DNA of 64,000 nucleotides from Octopus vulgaris (Eukaryota): NCBI GenBank assembly GCA_951406725.2, contig OX597835.1, positions 3,224,001 to 3,288,000 of the forward strand, read 5' to 3'. Shown piece by piece: positions 51,749 to 64,000 of this stretch (position 1 is its first letter; each line of letters starts with the position of its first letter). The notes under the pieces were generated by a model. It saw only the letters and a program-made list of their open reading frames with translations, ran no database searches and was not told where the DNA came from. The position numbers and the translations under genes were made by a program.

Positions 51749-54700
51749 TGGTTGGTTGGCATCCTTTTTGTCTCGGGAGACAATGGAGTTGCGCATAAAA
51801 TAGTCCAGTCCGGCTTTTACATTTCGTGTCCTGATACATTTCCTGCCGTGGCTGCGTAGTCCTATCCTGGACAAACACTCCCTCTGGCAGGTGCCGCAAA
51901 TGTAGCGAAGACTGTTCCTGGCTGGTTGTAGTGTCATAGTTTCTTGTTGACGTCTTTTCTTGTCCTTCCATTTCTCCTCTCTCTCTCTCTGTCACTCCTC
52001 TGTATTCCCTCTTTTACGGTACGTCGCCAATCTGCAAGGTTGCTGGCAATTGCTTCCCAACTGTTAATATTGATGTTGCAGGCCTTCATGTCCCTTTTGC
52101 AAACATCCTTGTAACGTAAGAACGGTCTACCCACAGAACTAGTGCCCCTTGCAAGCTCTCCGTAGAGTATGTCCTTGGGGATTCTGCCATCTTTCATACA
52201 GCTAACATGCCCAAGCCATCTCATACGTCTTTGTGTGAGGAGTGCAAACACGCTTGGTATTCCTGCTTGCTTGAGGACATCTTTGTTGGGGATATGATTC
52301 TGCCATTTGATGCGGAGGTTTTTCCGGAGGCAGCGCAGGTGAAAGATGTTTAGGCGACGCTCTTGGCGTGTGTATAGCGTCCAAGTCTCACTTCCATACA
52401 GTATAGTGCTAAGTACACATGCCTTGTAGATCTTCATTTTCGTGGTCTTGGTCAGCTGATTGTTGTCCCATGCCCGTTTGGAGAGTTGGGCCATCGCAGC
52501 AGCTGCCTTGCCAATGCGTATATTGAGCTCAGCGTCAAGGGATAGGTTGTAGGTGACGGTAGAGCCAAGATAGGTAAACTTCTCCACCTCCTGTAATCTG
52601 TGGACTCCAATATGTATGTTTGGGATGTCCGATGTAGCCTGACCCATGATGTTGGTCTTCTTAAGGCTGATAGCTAAGCCAAAGTCGTTACATGCTTGCT
52701 CAAAACAGTTAATGAGCCTTTGAAGGGCTTCTTCTGTGTGTGATACCAGAGCGGCATCATCAGCAAATAGCATCTCCTTGATCAGGACGTTTCTGATTTT
52801 GGTCTTGGCATGCAGGCGCGAGAGATTGAACAGTTTCCCGTCACTTCTACTGTGCAGAAACACTCCATCATCTGATGTCTGAAAGGCATGGGAGAGCAAG
52901 AGCGAGAAGAAAATGCCAAATAATGTAGGAGCGAGGACACAACCTTGCTTTACCCCGTTTTTTATTTGGAAGGCGGCTGGTGTTGAACCATTGTGCTGTA
53001 TGGTGCCTTGCATATCATCATGGAAAGACTTGATGATCCTCAGCAGCTTTGGAGATTTTTTGGAGTAGGATGAAGAGGCCTTTTCTACTTACCGAGTCAA
53101 AGGCCTTTGTTAGATCAATGAAGGTCATATATAGTGGTATTTTCTGCTCTCTGGACTTCTCCTGAAGTTGGCGTATGGAGAATATCATATCAATAGTTGA
53201 TCTGCTTCTTCTAAAGCCACACTGCGATTCTGGATAGATTCGAGAAGCAAGTAGTTGTAGCCTGGCCAGGATAACGCGAGCAAAGGTCTTTCCAACAGTG
53301 CTTAGAAGAGATATTCCACGGTAATTGTTACAATCACCACGGTCACATTTGTTTTTGTAGAGCGTAATGATGTTAGCATCCCGCATATCCTGAGGGACTG
53401 TACCCTCTTCCCAACACAGACACAGAAGCTCATGAACGTGCCGAAGCAGGATGGTGTTTTTGCAGGCTTTGATGATCTCTGAGGGAATGCCGTCTTTTCC
53501 CGGAGCCTTGTTACTTGCTAGGGAGTCAATAGCCTTGGTGAGCTCTGCTATAGATGACGGACTGTCAAGTTCGTACATGACTGGCAAGATCTTGACACTC
53601 TCGATTGCAGCCTCAGCTACTGTAGTCTCCCGTGAGTAGAGATCCTGGTAGTGCTCCACCCATCTATCCATTTGATTGCTTTGATCCCTGATGAGATCTC
53701 CAGTAGTTGATTTCAGAGGGGCCGACTTGGTTGCGGATGGACCGAGGGCATTCTTCAAACCGGCATACATCCCACGGGTGTCGCCCCTGTCAGCTGCTGA
53801 CTGGATACTTGACAGATTTCCTGCCAATACCTATTTGCACAGCGTCTGGCTGTCAGTTGGGTTTTATTTCTTGCCTTTCTGAGTTCTTCGAGTGACTTTG
53901 TAGAAGAATCACTCTTGTATTGCATCAGAGCTACACGCTTTGCTTCGATAACTGGCTCCAGCTCTCAGAGCCCAGCATTGAACCAATCTGGGTTTTGCCT
54001 TTCTCTCATGCCGAAAGTATCTATTGATGTGGTATACAAAGCTTCCCCGATATAATTCCACCTACCTTCAGCAGAGGAGGTTGGGCAGCTACTGAGGGCA
54101 ACCTTGATAGAAGCAGCAAAACATTTTCGCAGTGTAGGGTCCGAGGTTCTGGCAGTATTAATGCGTGGTCGGCCCACTTTTTGGAGCGATGGACTTTTTT
54201 AGGCAGAATCCTCACCCTACTTCTAATAAGTGAGTGGTCTGTGTCACAATCCGCGCTGTGGTAACTGCGGGTCTGTAGAACAGAATTCAGAAAGAATTTC
54301 CGTGTAATGATGAGATCCAGCTGATGCCAGTGGTGGGATCTTGGATGTTTCCAAGATGCCTTGGGGGATGGCTTGTTGGTAAAGAATGTGTTTGTGAGGC
54401 ACAGGTTATGGTATGTGCAGAATTCGAGTAGTCTCTGACCATTGTCATTCATATTGCCAATACCAAAGTGTCCAACACAAATGGGCCACGAATCATGGTC
54501 AGATCCCACGCGAGCGTTAAAGTCCCCTAGAAGGTAGATATTTTCAGTTGTTGGTATAGTTTTTATGACACAGTTGAGATCTTTGTAGAACTGGTCCTTG
54601 GTCTCCTCTGAGCTGTAGAGAGTGGAAGCATAGATGCTGAGTAGATGTACTGAGCCAGAAGAAGTCGAGAGGCGCAGTGAGAGAATACGCTCAGTGCCTC

Positions 54701-55498
54701 CTGATGGTGGTTCTATTGAGGAGAGTAATGAGTTTCTCACTGCAAAGCCAACGCCATAATGACGAGGTTCTTCTGGATCGCTTCCCTGCCAAAAGAAGGT
54801 GAAATCCTGTTCTTTGAGTTTGCCGTTTGAGGGAAGTCTTGTCTCCTGTAGCCCATCAATGTCTATGTTAAGCCTCTTTAGTTCACGGTCAATGATGGCC
54901 GTTTTCCTTGTGTCTTCAACCCTGGGTAGATCATCAGATATTCCAGAGCACATGGTTCTGACATTCCAGCTAGCCAACCGCAGGACTGGTGGTTTCTTGT
55001 TTTTTTAGTTGTTTGCCTGGTGCAGAGGTTGCAGGCCGCTTTTCAAGCCATACTCTTAGCTCCAAGCACCCAATGAAGCAGGCCAATCTGAATGGACTTA
55101 TCATACGTGACTGTTACCTCCCGTGTTGTTTCTGCAGCTTTCTACAGCAGCACTGAAGTGTCCTTTCCAGTTTTGCGCAGGCCTGGGCTAGATATAAGAA
55201 AGTCCTGGGTAACCCAATCGTCAGGTTTCCTCTCTCGACCTTGCTGATGTATTCCAAAGGAGTGCAGAGCATTACGTTTGGCACCAGCTTGGTTGCAGGA
55301 GCTGCCGGAAGAGTGTCGAGTTGAACACTAAACCGCCTTCGGGGCTCCACTCTGGATTTCTTCGAAGGTTGTCTCCTTTCCGTAACCCTGGATAGGGGCC
55401 CATACTGGGTACTGTCAGCCGGAGCAAGCAGAGCCCGGGACTCTTGTCAGGCAGGGTCGTCACTCCCTGAAGTAGTGAAGAAGTTCGCTACCCACTAC

Positions 55499-55500
<2 letters not shown>
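51749..55500 (-). mobile_element. Near-full-length RTE-clade (BovB-like) LINE, frameshifted, flanked by (TA)n
   Basis: APE motifs LASWNVRTM, LQETRL, LGDFNARVG, CDTDHSL. RT motifs FIDLTKAFDSV, GVKQGCVLAPTLF, LFADDAAL. C-terminal CGTC..SRIGLRSH; (CCAA)n tail; about 500-bp 5' UTR. Confidence 0.92.
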
Positions 55501-55539
<39 letters not shown>

Positions 55540-56099
55540 CGCATGAGTGGCAGTGTGGTAAAAAGCTTGCTTCCCAGCAACGTGCGTCCGTGTTCAGTGC
55601 CACTGCGTGGTACCTTGGGGAGGTTTCTTCTACTATATCCTCGGACCGACCAAAGCCTTGTCAGTGGATTTGGTATACAGGAACTGAATGATTCCTGTAG
55701 TATGTATGTATATAGATATATATTAGCAGATATTAGCCCCTTGATAATATTCTCACATTGGCTCCTAAGTCTAACAATTTTACGTCTATTTTTGTCTTTG
55801 TATAATAGTGCTCACTTGCTTAGTAAGTATTGCTTTCGTTATTTTATCACAGTCATAATCTCTTTTTTTAAGCAAACATCACGCGAGTCCAACAGCAAAG
55901 GGAGAAGTAGTTTGTAAAATTTTACCTTCCCCTCAAAGCAACATGGAGATTTCAGTCTAGCAGCCCTTCTGTAAGCATTGTCGTACGCGCGCGTGTGTGT
56001 CTGTGAGAGAGAGAGAGGGTCAGACAGACAGAGAACATTGCCAACAATGAATGAAATAAACATGATCTTCTTCCAATAAAAGCGGTTCTGTGGCATTTT

Positions 56100-56856
56100 T
56101 TACATACTATGCAATGTTGTTTTCTTCTGCCCTAATGCTGTGTTTGCATCCAATAAGTCCTCTTCCCCCCTCTTTCTTTTTCTTGATACATGCAGTCTGT
56201 CTGTGTCGCTCTTTGGGTGGAGTATCCCATATCTAGTCGTCAACTTCCTTATCTCTCTCTGTCTATGCTGTTTAGTTCGTCTACTCTCCATGCGATTACC
56301 TCTGCTCCACATCTCAGGAATGAAACCGCCCAGTTGTTGATAGATTCAATCTTATTCCGTCCGTTTAATTTCGACTTAAGGATCAGTCTCAGTCTGCACA
56401 AGTACTCCACCTTATGTTTTTCTGTCATTTCTTTCTCCATCAATTTATCCATTTCCAATGTCCCCAAGTACGTATAGTCCGTCTTTTCTATCTGTTTCAT
56501 AACGTCCCTCAACGGTATCGCTAGCCCGTCCATACATTTGATTTTGCCTCTCTTCAAGACTAACACACCATACTTTCTCAGACCAAACTCCATTCTGATA
56601 TCAGCACTGAAACTATACATCGTATCAACGACGGAACTGACTTGGGATTCATCTTTACCATAAAGTTTGAGGTCATCCATGAATAACAAGTGGTTGAGAT
56701 TTTGTTGGCGGCTTTTGAATACATACCCAGCCTTCGCTCTCCTCAGAATCAGTATTAGTGGTATCATGCACAGTACAAAGATCAGTGGGGACAGGCAGTC
56801 CCCTTGGAAGATGCCTCTCCTGATTTCTATTGTCCTTAAACTTCTTCCATAGGCTG
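56100..56856 (-). mobile_element. Dong/R4-type RT fragment
   Basis: GIFQGDCLSPLIF, HLLFMDDLKLY, MEFGL, YTYLG. Confidence 0.8.
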
Positions 56857-57696
56857 TCAGTGCCGTTGACGTAAGGCCCCGAACCCTACAAAGGGATGTT
56901 TAGCATTTAAGTTAGCGAAAAAAAGCATAATTTGTGATTCTAAAAGGATTATATCTTCCTCAATGTTACGAGGGAAAAACATCGGATCTTGTGAATTTTC
57001 CAAATTTCTCTCTCCACCCTCACAAATTTCTTTATAATCGTAATCTATACCGTTTGAAAGGTATAAAATTTCATTCAAAAACCCCACTTTCCAAAACGTT
57101 ATGAGGGAAAAACATCGGATTTTGGGGATTTTCCGGAGGCCTCTGCCCACCAACGTTGCTTTCCGGGCATTTTGGGATTCATATTCGTTTCCTACGCCTT
57201 TTTTTTTTTACACTTTTGTTTCGATTTAATTTCCGGGTAATAACGTCAACATTAACCAACCATTTTTCGCTCCCTCCATTTTTTTCACTTCCTTCCCAAC
57301 ATATTTTAAAAATATAAACTCAATATGACTGAAGTTTAAATAATGTGCATTTTTAGGATCTTCATCGAATATCATCGCTTGTGTACCACATTGAGACTTT
57401 TGCGAACATTTGAAAATTTGTTCGTTGAAACGTGTTTTTCCGAATTTTACTTTCTAACTTTAAACTCTACTAAACATTTTGTATATTTATTGGTACAATT
57501 GATGAGCAAAAAACTGTGGAAAGCAGTTTGATATTTCGATAAATCTAATACGAAATTTGAAAACGACCACAAGTTTTCAGATGCATTTGCCTTTTCAAAC
57601 CCGAAATGAAATCTTCCTATATATTTTCCTGCGTGGAATTACATTTCTTTTTGTTATACCTATACATACATAGATACATACATACATACACATACG

Positions 57697-57769
<73 letters not shown>

Positions 57770-57885
57770 ACATACATGCATATATAGACACACATACACA
57801 TACATACATACATATATATATATATATAAACATACATACATACATACATACATAAATACATATATGCATATATATATATGTATGC

Positions 57886-57958
<73 letters not shown>

Positions 57959-58218
57959 TATTTTTATAATTTTTATAATTTTTATAAGTTTTTTTATATA
58001 TATATACATATATTTTTGACCTTTTGTTTATCGCTCGATTGACCGTTTTTTTCTAAAGGGCCAATCAAACAAGCCCATTTCTTTTTAAAGGTGTAGCGTT
58101 TGTAAGAGTATAGATTGAATTAATATATATGTTCCATTCTAGCAAAAACTGTCTGATGAACGGCAACGAGAAACTCAGAGTAACAGATTTTGTTGAATTT
58201 TCTGCTGCTTAAAATAAA

Positions 58219-58259
<41 letters not shown>

Positions 58260-58879
58260 TACATATATATATATATATATATGTATACGCCAACACACAC
58301 ACATATGGTAACTGAAAGACGGAAGAATAGAATATACGAGAATTTATTAATCACGACAATTGTTTCCATACATCTACCATCGAACCCTGAGGGGTGGGAC
58401 ACTCAAAAACTGGTTCAGCAGCATCCGGTGGTGCAGATGTTTCTCATCGGGTGATAAATAGTCACAACTCGTTAAAGAACAATTCCGCAATATAACGTCT
58501 CGTTTCGTAGAAAGAAAAGTAGCCAGGTGGAGGAAATATCTTCATTTACATAGAAGTTTAAAAATGAAATCACAGATAAAAAAAAAGAGAAATGAACAGG
58601 CAATAGAGCGAGGAAATTATTAGAAATAACCGTTAACATATATGGATGTATTAACGTCCTCGGACAAGCTGCATGGTGCGAGTACACTCGATCATACAAG
58701 CATCCGCGGAAATGTGAGCATACGTACACGTGAGGTTTGGTGCGCTCATGATTACAAGGCGAGTTAACTATCTACTGTGTGTTTGTAAGAATGGAGATGT
58801 TAAAAGTAAACTTAAGTCATCCATACCTTAAAATAAATTCTGTTAGCAGTTACTCAAAGTTCATTCCCCCTGCATTCTG

Positions 58880-59700
58880 CGAAAATACATTCCTATGCGT
58901 CTAGGCATCTCGAGAGTATTTCAGAAAGTCTGTTAATTGTCTTGTCATTAGTCCACAAATTAGACAGAGATTTGTAGGAGCAGAGACGGCATCTTCTGGA
59001 AATTATATTGTATGGTTTCGCGTACCTTACTATGGACCAGCATATGCTGTACTTCATTTTATCCTCCTTCAGTCGCCAAACAAAATCAGCCAAATATATA
59101 GGATGTCTTATTGATTGTCTTAAAGATGGCAACAAGATTACGATAAATGAAGCAGCCGTCTGCTCAATGTAAACATGCGGCCATCTCCTTGTAAGCACGG
59201 TACATTTATATACAAGATTTGTACTCATACAAAGATTCATCAATGGACATTTTGATTTTTCTCTGCATGAGCATTTATCGCATTTTTAATTGTATATAAG
59301 ACAGTCCCGACTCCATTTATCGACGTTGTTACCGTGTTAGCTCTATCAATAGTATTTCTACTATTGGCCATAACTGGTGTGTTTTTCATTGCGGTTTAGA
59401 TCTCCTTTATTAGCATTCAGATGCGTATGCTCGCTAGATCCAGTGGTTGGGTTATTGAACCTTCGTCGCATTTTGCTATTCATACGATGCATAAGCTACT
59501 CAAAATTAGCAGAGTTAGCGTAGGAGACCTTCACGGTAAGCCTATTAAAAATAGCATGATACCGATTAGGTTTAAGAAAACCTTTGTCCAAAAGTTTTCC
59601 AGCGATCTTGGTTGAAACATGCGAACCGAAAATCGGGTTGAACCAGAGAACATCTTGATTCCTATATCTGTTGTTTTGCTTATTTGATCGAGTGTGTTGT
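58880..59700 (-). mobile_element. Decayed Penelope-like 3' fragment (GIY-YIG)
   Basis: LWFNPIFGSHVST, NLVYKCTV..YIEQT, YSICWSIV..RCRLC. Confidence 0.7.
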
Positions 59701-60263
59701 AAAGGATTGGAAGAAACAGTTGGATTATTATGTCGCGTGTGTCTATGAGTTTTCGTTGATAGTTCATTGTATATACATGTTGTGGTGGACACCTCCAAGT
59801 GAGAAGTGGGCTGTTCCACTACTGATAAATGGTGGACAGACACAGCAAGCAGTGTTAGTCGGCGAGGTACGCCGTACGGGCCAGTCACGCAGGCGGCGGA
59901 ATACGTTGTCATAATGTAGGACATATCAGTGGCGACGAGAATATCTCCCGCTGTATAACGGTGTTGTAATAACAGTGGTAACGAGGTTACGAACGCTCGT
60001 AAGAATGTCGGAAAGGAACTGAACTACACACAGTGAAAAATATATAAATTCTATTGAAAATAGATTCTGAAGCAAAACTGTTCGATAAAACTGGGACTCT
60101 AACACAGAACTGAACATCACAGTGTGAAAAAATAATATAAATCCTTTTGTAGGATTTCTGCCAGGTCTCTATGAGTTAGTAACGCTACCTGTAAACAATG
60201 TAGGCTAGTACTACCTTCGGCATTCTAAAAAGAAAAATAATTCTGTGTGGAAGAAATAATAAC

Positions 60264-60337
<74 letters not shown>

Positions 60338-60339
<2 letters not shown>

Positions 60340-60794
60340 CAAGATAATAGGTATTAACACTTTAGCTGTCCCAGTTATAAGTTACAGCTACAATATCCTT
60401 AACTGGACACTAAATGAACTGACCAAAATGGATAGGAAATCAAGAAATATAATGACAGGATCTAGGATGCATCATTCAAAATCTGACATAGAAAGGCTAT
60501 ATATACAATATATACAACGTATAGAAGGTGGTAGAGGCCTTATACAGCTGGAAAACTACTATAAAATAACCACCATAGGACTGCAAAAATATCTACTTCA
60601 GAAGGAAGGAAAACTGATACAAATAGCGGCAAAACACGAGCAAAACAAAAAACTGTTCTCAGTATTTTAGGAAGCTGACAAATAAAAAAAAGAAATCATA
60701 CCACCTAACAAATATGAAGAAGAAGAAGAAGAAGAAGAAGAAGAAGAAGAAGAAGAAGAAGAAGAAGAAGAAGAAGAAGAAGAAGAAGAAGAAG

Positions 60795-60826
<32 letters not shown>

Positions 60827-61786
60827 GAAGAAGAAGAAGAAGAAGAAGGAGATAATGAGGAAGAAGAAGAAGAAGAAGAAGAAGATAATGAGGAAGAAGA
60901 AGAAGAAGAAGAAGAAGAAGAAGATGAGGAAGAAGAAGAAGAAGAAGAAGAAGAAGAAGAAGAAGAAGAAGAAGAAGAAGAAGATGATGAAGAAGAAGAA
61001 GAAGAAGAAACAACAAAAGCTATAAAACAAATAAAATCCAAACTAAAACTAGAACAGCAACGAACCATGATAAAACGATGGCAAGAAAATCCCTTCATGG
61101 CAAATACTGGACTAAACTAAATGCAAAAGAAATAGACAAAGAAAAATCCCAGCAATGGTTGAGAAGCTCAGGACTCAAAGCAGAGACAGAGGGATTTTTA
61201 ATTGCAGCACAAGACCAAAGCCTCCCCACCATAAATTACCACCAGAAAAGAAATATAACAAGTAACTGCAGAATATGTGGAGATGGACAAGAAACAATAA
61301 ATCATATTATATCTGGCTGCCCAGTCCTGGCTAAGAAGGAATATATTCACAGACACGACAGAGTTGGGACCTACATACACTGGAAGTTATGCCAACATTA
61401 TGGAATAACAACAGAAAAAAGATGGTATAGGCACACACCAGACAAGGTCAGAGAAAACGAGAAAGCAACCATACTCTGGGATATGCCAATACACACAGAT
61501 AGAGAAATTAAGGCCAACAGACCAGATATAGTTGTCAGAGATCATGAAGAAAAAGAAAATGCTTTCTAATTGATGTATCAATACGAGGAGGCGACAACGT
61601 GTCTCTAAAAGAAATGGAAAAACTTTCAAAATACAAAGACCTGGAAACGGAGGTAACCAGAATGTGGAATCTAAAAACAGAAACAATTCCTATCATAGTA
61701 GGTGCATTAGGCATGATAAAAAAATATTCAGGCAAATGCATAACAAATACACCAGGACTTAGAAACACATATAATATACAGAAAAT
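60338..61786 (+). mobile_element. Dong/R4-type 3' half containing an expanded (GAA)n tract
   Basis: LAVPVISYSY.., GGRGLIQLE, LHGKYW, CRIC..ETINHIISGC, ANRPDIVV. Preceded by (TAA)n at 60256-60337. Confidence 0.88.
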
Positions 61787-61829
61787 TGGTGGTGGTGGTG
61801 ATGATGATGATGATTCCGTGTGAAGATGA

Positions 61830-63645
61830 AGGTGAATAATGATTATGTATAGTGAGAATAATGATTCCAGCTCTAACAATTTCGGCACCCCTGTACATAA
61901 GAAAAGTAATTTACGGACCAGGGGAGGAAATAGACAAACAACCCCAAATTTCCAACACAGAAATTTTCCCCTTACTGTCAATAGTAGCAATATGACCATT
62001 TCTAAATCCACAAAAAACTATATCTGGTTTGTTATACCTTTCGGGAAGCAAATCAAATCAAACCTTCCTTTACAATTCCGTGAAGCCGTAGCTAAGAACT
62101 TTGCCAGGGATTCTAGGTATTACTCGATTATCAATTCGCATAGGGTAAGGATTGCATTCTCTAACACTAGAAATCTTTCACAAATTATCGCCTCCCATAA
62201 TAATAAGCTGCTAAACAAAGATTCTTCACCCGGGAGTTACAACACTATTCTCACCAATTCCAACCAAACATACAATAGTAATGATAGAGGTAGTATTGAT
62301 AACAGCAACATTCGTAACAGCGTTAGTATTAACAATGGTAATATTAGTAATAGTATTAGTCAGATTAATAACAGGGGTAGTGTTGATGGTAACAACGACA
62401 GCATTTCTATTGTCAGAGATATTGCCGGTGATAGTACAACTAATAATAATAACAATAATAGAAATAGTGTAGTGATCAATGCTAGCAGTAATGGTAACAG
62501 CAATCAGAACAATAGAAACTCCGTTTTGATCTCGGAGGAAAACCCGAATAGATTAAAGTTCTTATCCAGTAATTCCAAAATTAAAAACTCCATTTACCAG
62601 TGTAGGATTTCTTCCATTACCGGTGTCTTCTATATTGGCGCGACAACTTCTCGATTGTTCCAGAGAATTTCCAATCATTATTCAACTTTCCGAGATAAGA
62701 GAAAACAGCATACTACAGGACTAAGTAAATTAGTTTGGCGTCTTAAGGACAGCAATATAACTTTCAAACTGGACTGATCCATATTATCTGTATCCTTTCC
62801 TTTTGATAAGGGCAGGAAATTCTGTGGCATCTGTAATTCCGAACTCTTCTTTATCCTTTTCTCCAAATTCCCCTTGGTAAACACAATTGTAGAAAAATCC
62901 TATAAGTGTAAACATTGGCAGAGACATACTTTTCACTCATATGAATGATGATTAATATAGATAACCTCTTTGATTTTAATAATTTAGTTTCACTTCTACA
63001 ACACCACCATATACAATTCCTTTTTTCTACTGCGTTACACGAAGAATTACTACTAAATTTGTTGGGATATGTTTTTCCTCTTTCTCTCTGCATCTCCCCT
63101 CCTCTCTCGCTCTCTATCTCTCTCTCTCTATCATACCCACAATCGACACAAATCTGTCACCTCACTACTAAATGTTTCTGACATTTGTCACCCAACACAC
63201 ACAGTCACGCACACACACACACACAGAGGCAGAAATCCAGTTATATACATACACACGCAGAGGCACTCAAACTCATTAACAATAGCATGCACCCACGCAT
63301 CCCCATACAATACAGCTTGCACTCTATCCCCTTCCTATAACTTTCTCCTTCCAACCAAATTTGAACTCTTTAACTCCTTAGAACATTCTCCATCCAACCA
63401 ATTCTGACGTCATTGCTTATAACGGGAGATTTTAAACAAACACTCATTATTACTGTTGACATCATGTGGGCAGTCATCTAAAAGTTTTTGCTCTTCATGA
63501 TGCTGGAATTAGTTCCTTGTCTTTCCTGATGAGATGGCGGCATAATACACCCTTTATTCCTTCGGAATTAGGAATATGCAGCCTTCGAAACATGTGTCGA
63601 GAGTAAAGGAATTCTGTTAAAATCATCGTTCGACTCCATTCTTTC

Positions 63646-63650
<5 letters not shown>
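61830..63650 (+). mobile_element. Penelope-like 3' fragment (GIY-YIG ORF 61839-62777 and 3' region)
   Basis: YIWFVIPF, SIYQCRI..FYIGATT..FQRISNH..TGLSKLVWRLK, then RKFCGIC; hammerhead downstream. Confidence 0.78.
63521..63603 (+). ncRNA. Type I hammerhead ribozyme (Penelope-type)
   Basis: CTTTC CTGATGA G[atggcggcata..tatgcagcctt]C GAAA catgt GTC|GAGAG. Stem I CTTTC/GAGAG; predicted cleavage after C63598. Confidence 0.75.
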
Positions 63651-63694
<44 letters not shown>

Positions 63695-63697
<3 letters not shown>

Positions 63698-63955
63698 GTG
63701 TAAGTGTATGTATGTGCGGGTGTCATTATTTGACATTTTTTCTACAATATTGCAACCTCTGTCAAGAAAATTTACGAGACTTTCAAGGAATTACAGAAAA
63801 ATCTTCCTCAAACCAAGTGCAACACGGGATGTGGCGTGGCAGCTGCAACAAAGGTCGTTGGCCATCCTCTACAGCTACGTCATCTCACCTATCACCGCGG
63901 GATGCGACTGAGCACATGATTATTTCTGGGGTATGTGGCCCATCGCTCCCTCCCA

Positions 63956-64000
<45 letters not shown>
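63695..64000 (+). repeat. Dispersed ~300-bp repeat (copy of 48960-49270)
   Basis: Alignable in reverse complement; both copies end in (CT)n. Confidence 0.85.

Noticed and set aside
55839-56096. ORF MPQNRFYWKKIMFISFIVGNVLCL.. as a secreted peptide
   Set aside because: Weak signal peptide, runs through a (CT)n tract and abuts a TE fragment; only the internal exon-like part is kept as a low-interest finding.

Overview
AT-rich, microsatellite-dense animal DNA. The SINE/LINE/Penelope repertoire points to a cephalopod (octopus-like) genome; this is inference. There are two host genes. (1) RNF145 (TRC8-family RING-H2 E3 ligase) on the minus strand: coding exons 10274-10079 and 8746-6789 give 717 aa, with a probable promoter near 15.9-16.0 kb. 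(2) A small plus-strand gene absent from the ORF track: exons 43296-43359, 44266-44314 and 47497-47710 splice in frame into a 108-aa precursor. It comprises a signal peptide, a propeptide ending in RIKR, a 34-aa 8-Cys peptide (C-C-C-CC-C-C-C, knottin/conotoxin-like) and a hydrophobic, GPI-signal-like tail. A young, full-length Gypsy LTR element (intact pol, UUUAAAC gag-pol slippery site, 4-bp TSD) sits about 330 bp upstream of its first coding exon. The rest is mobile DNA: Penelope-like elements with at least three hammerhead ribozymes (one a U3-A8 variant inside a double inversion), a CR1-type LINE whose 3' end is shared with a SINE family, Dong/R4-type LINEs in (TAA)n arrays, RTE LINEs, mariner remnants, hAT/piggyBac/Helitron non-autonomous elements and tandem SINE arrays. 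Most short ORFs in the track are microsatellite artefacts.
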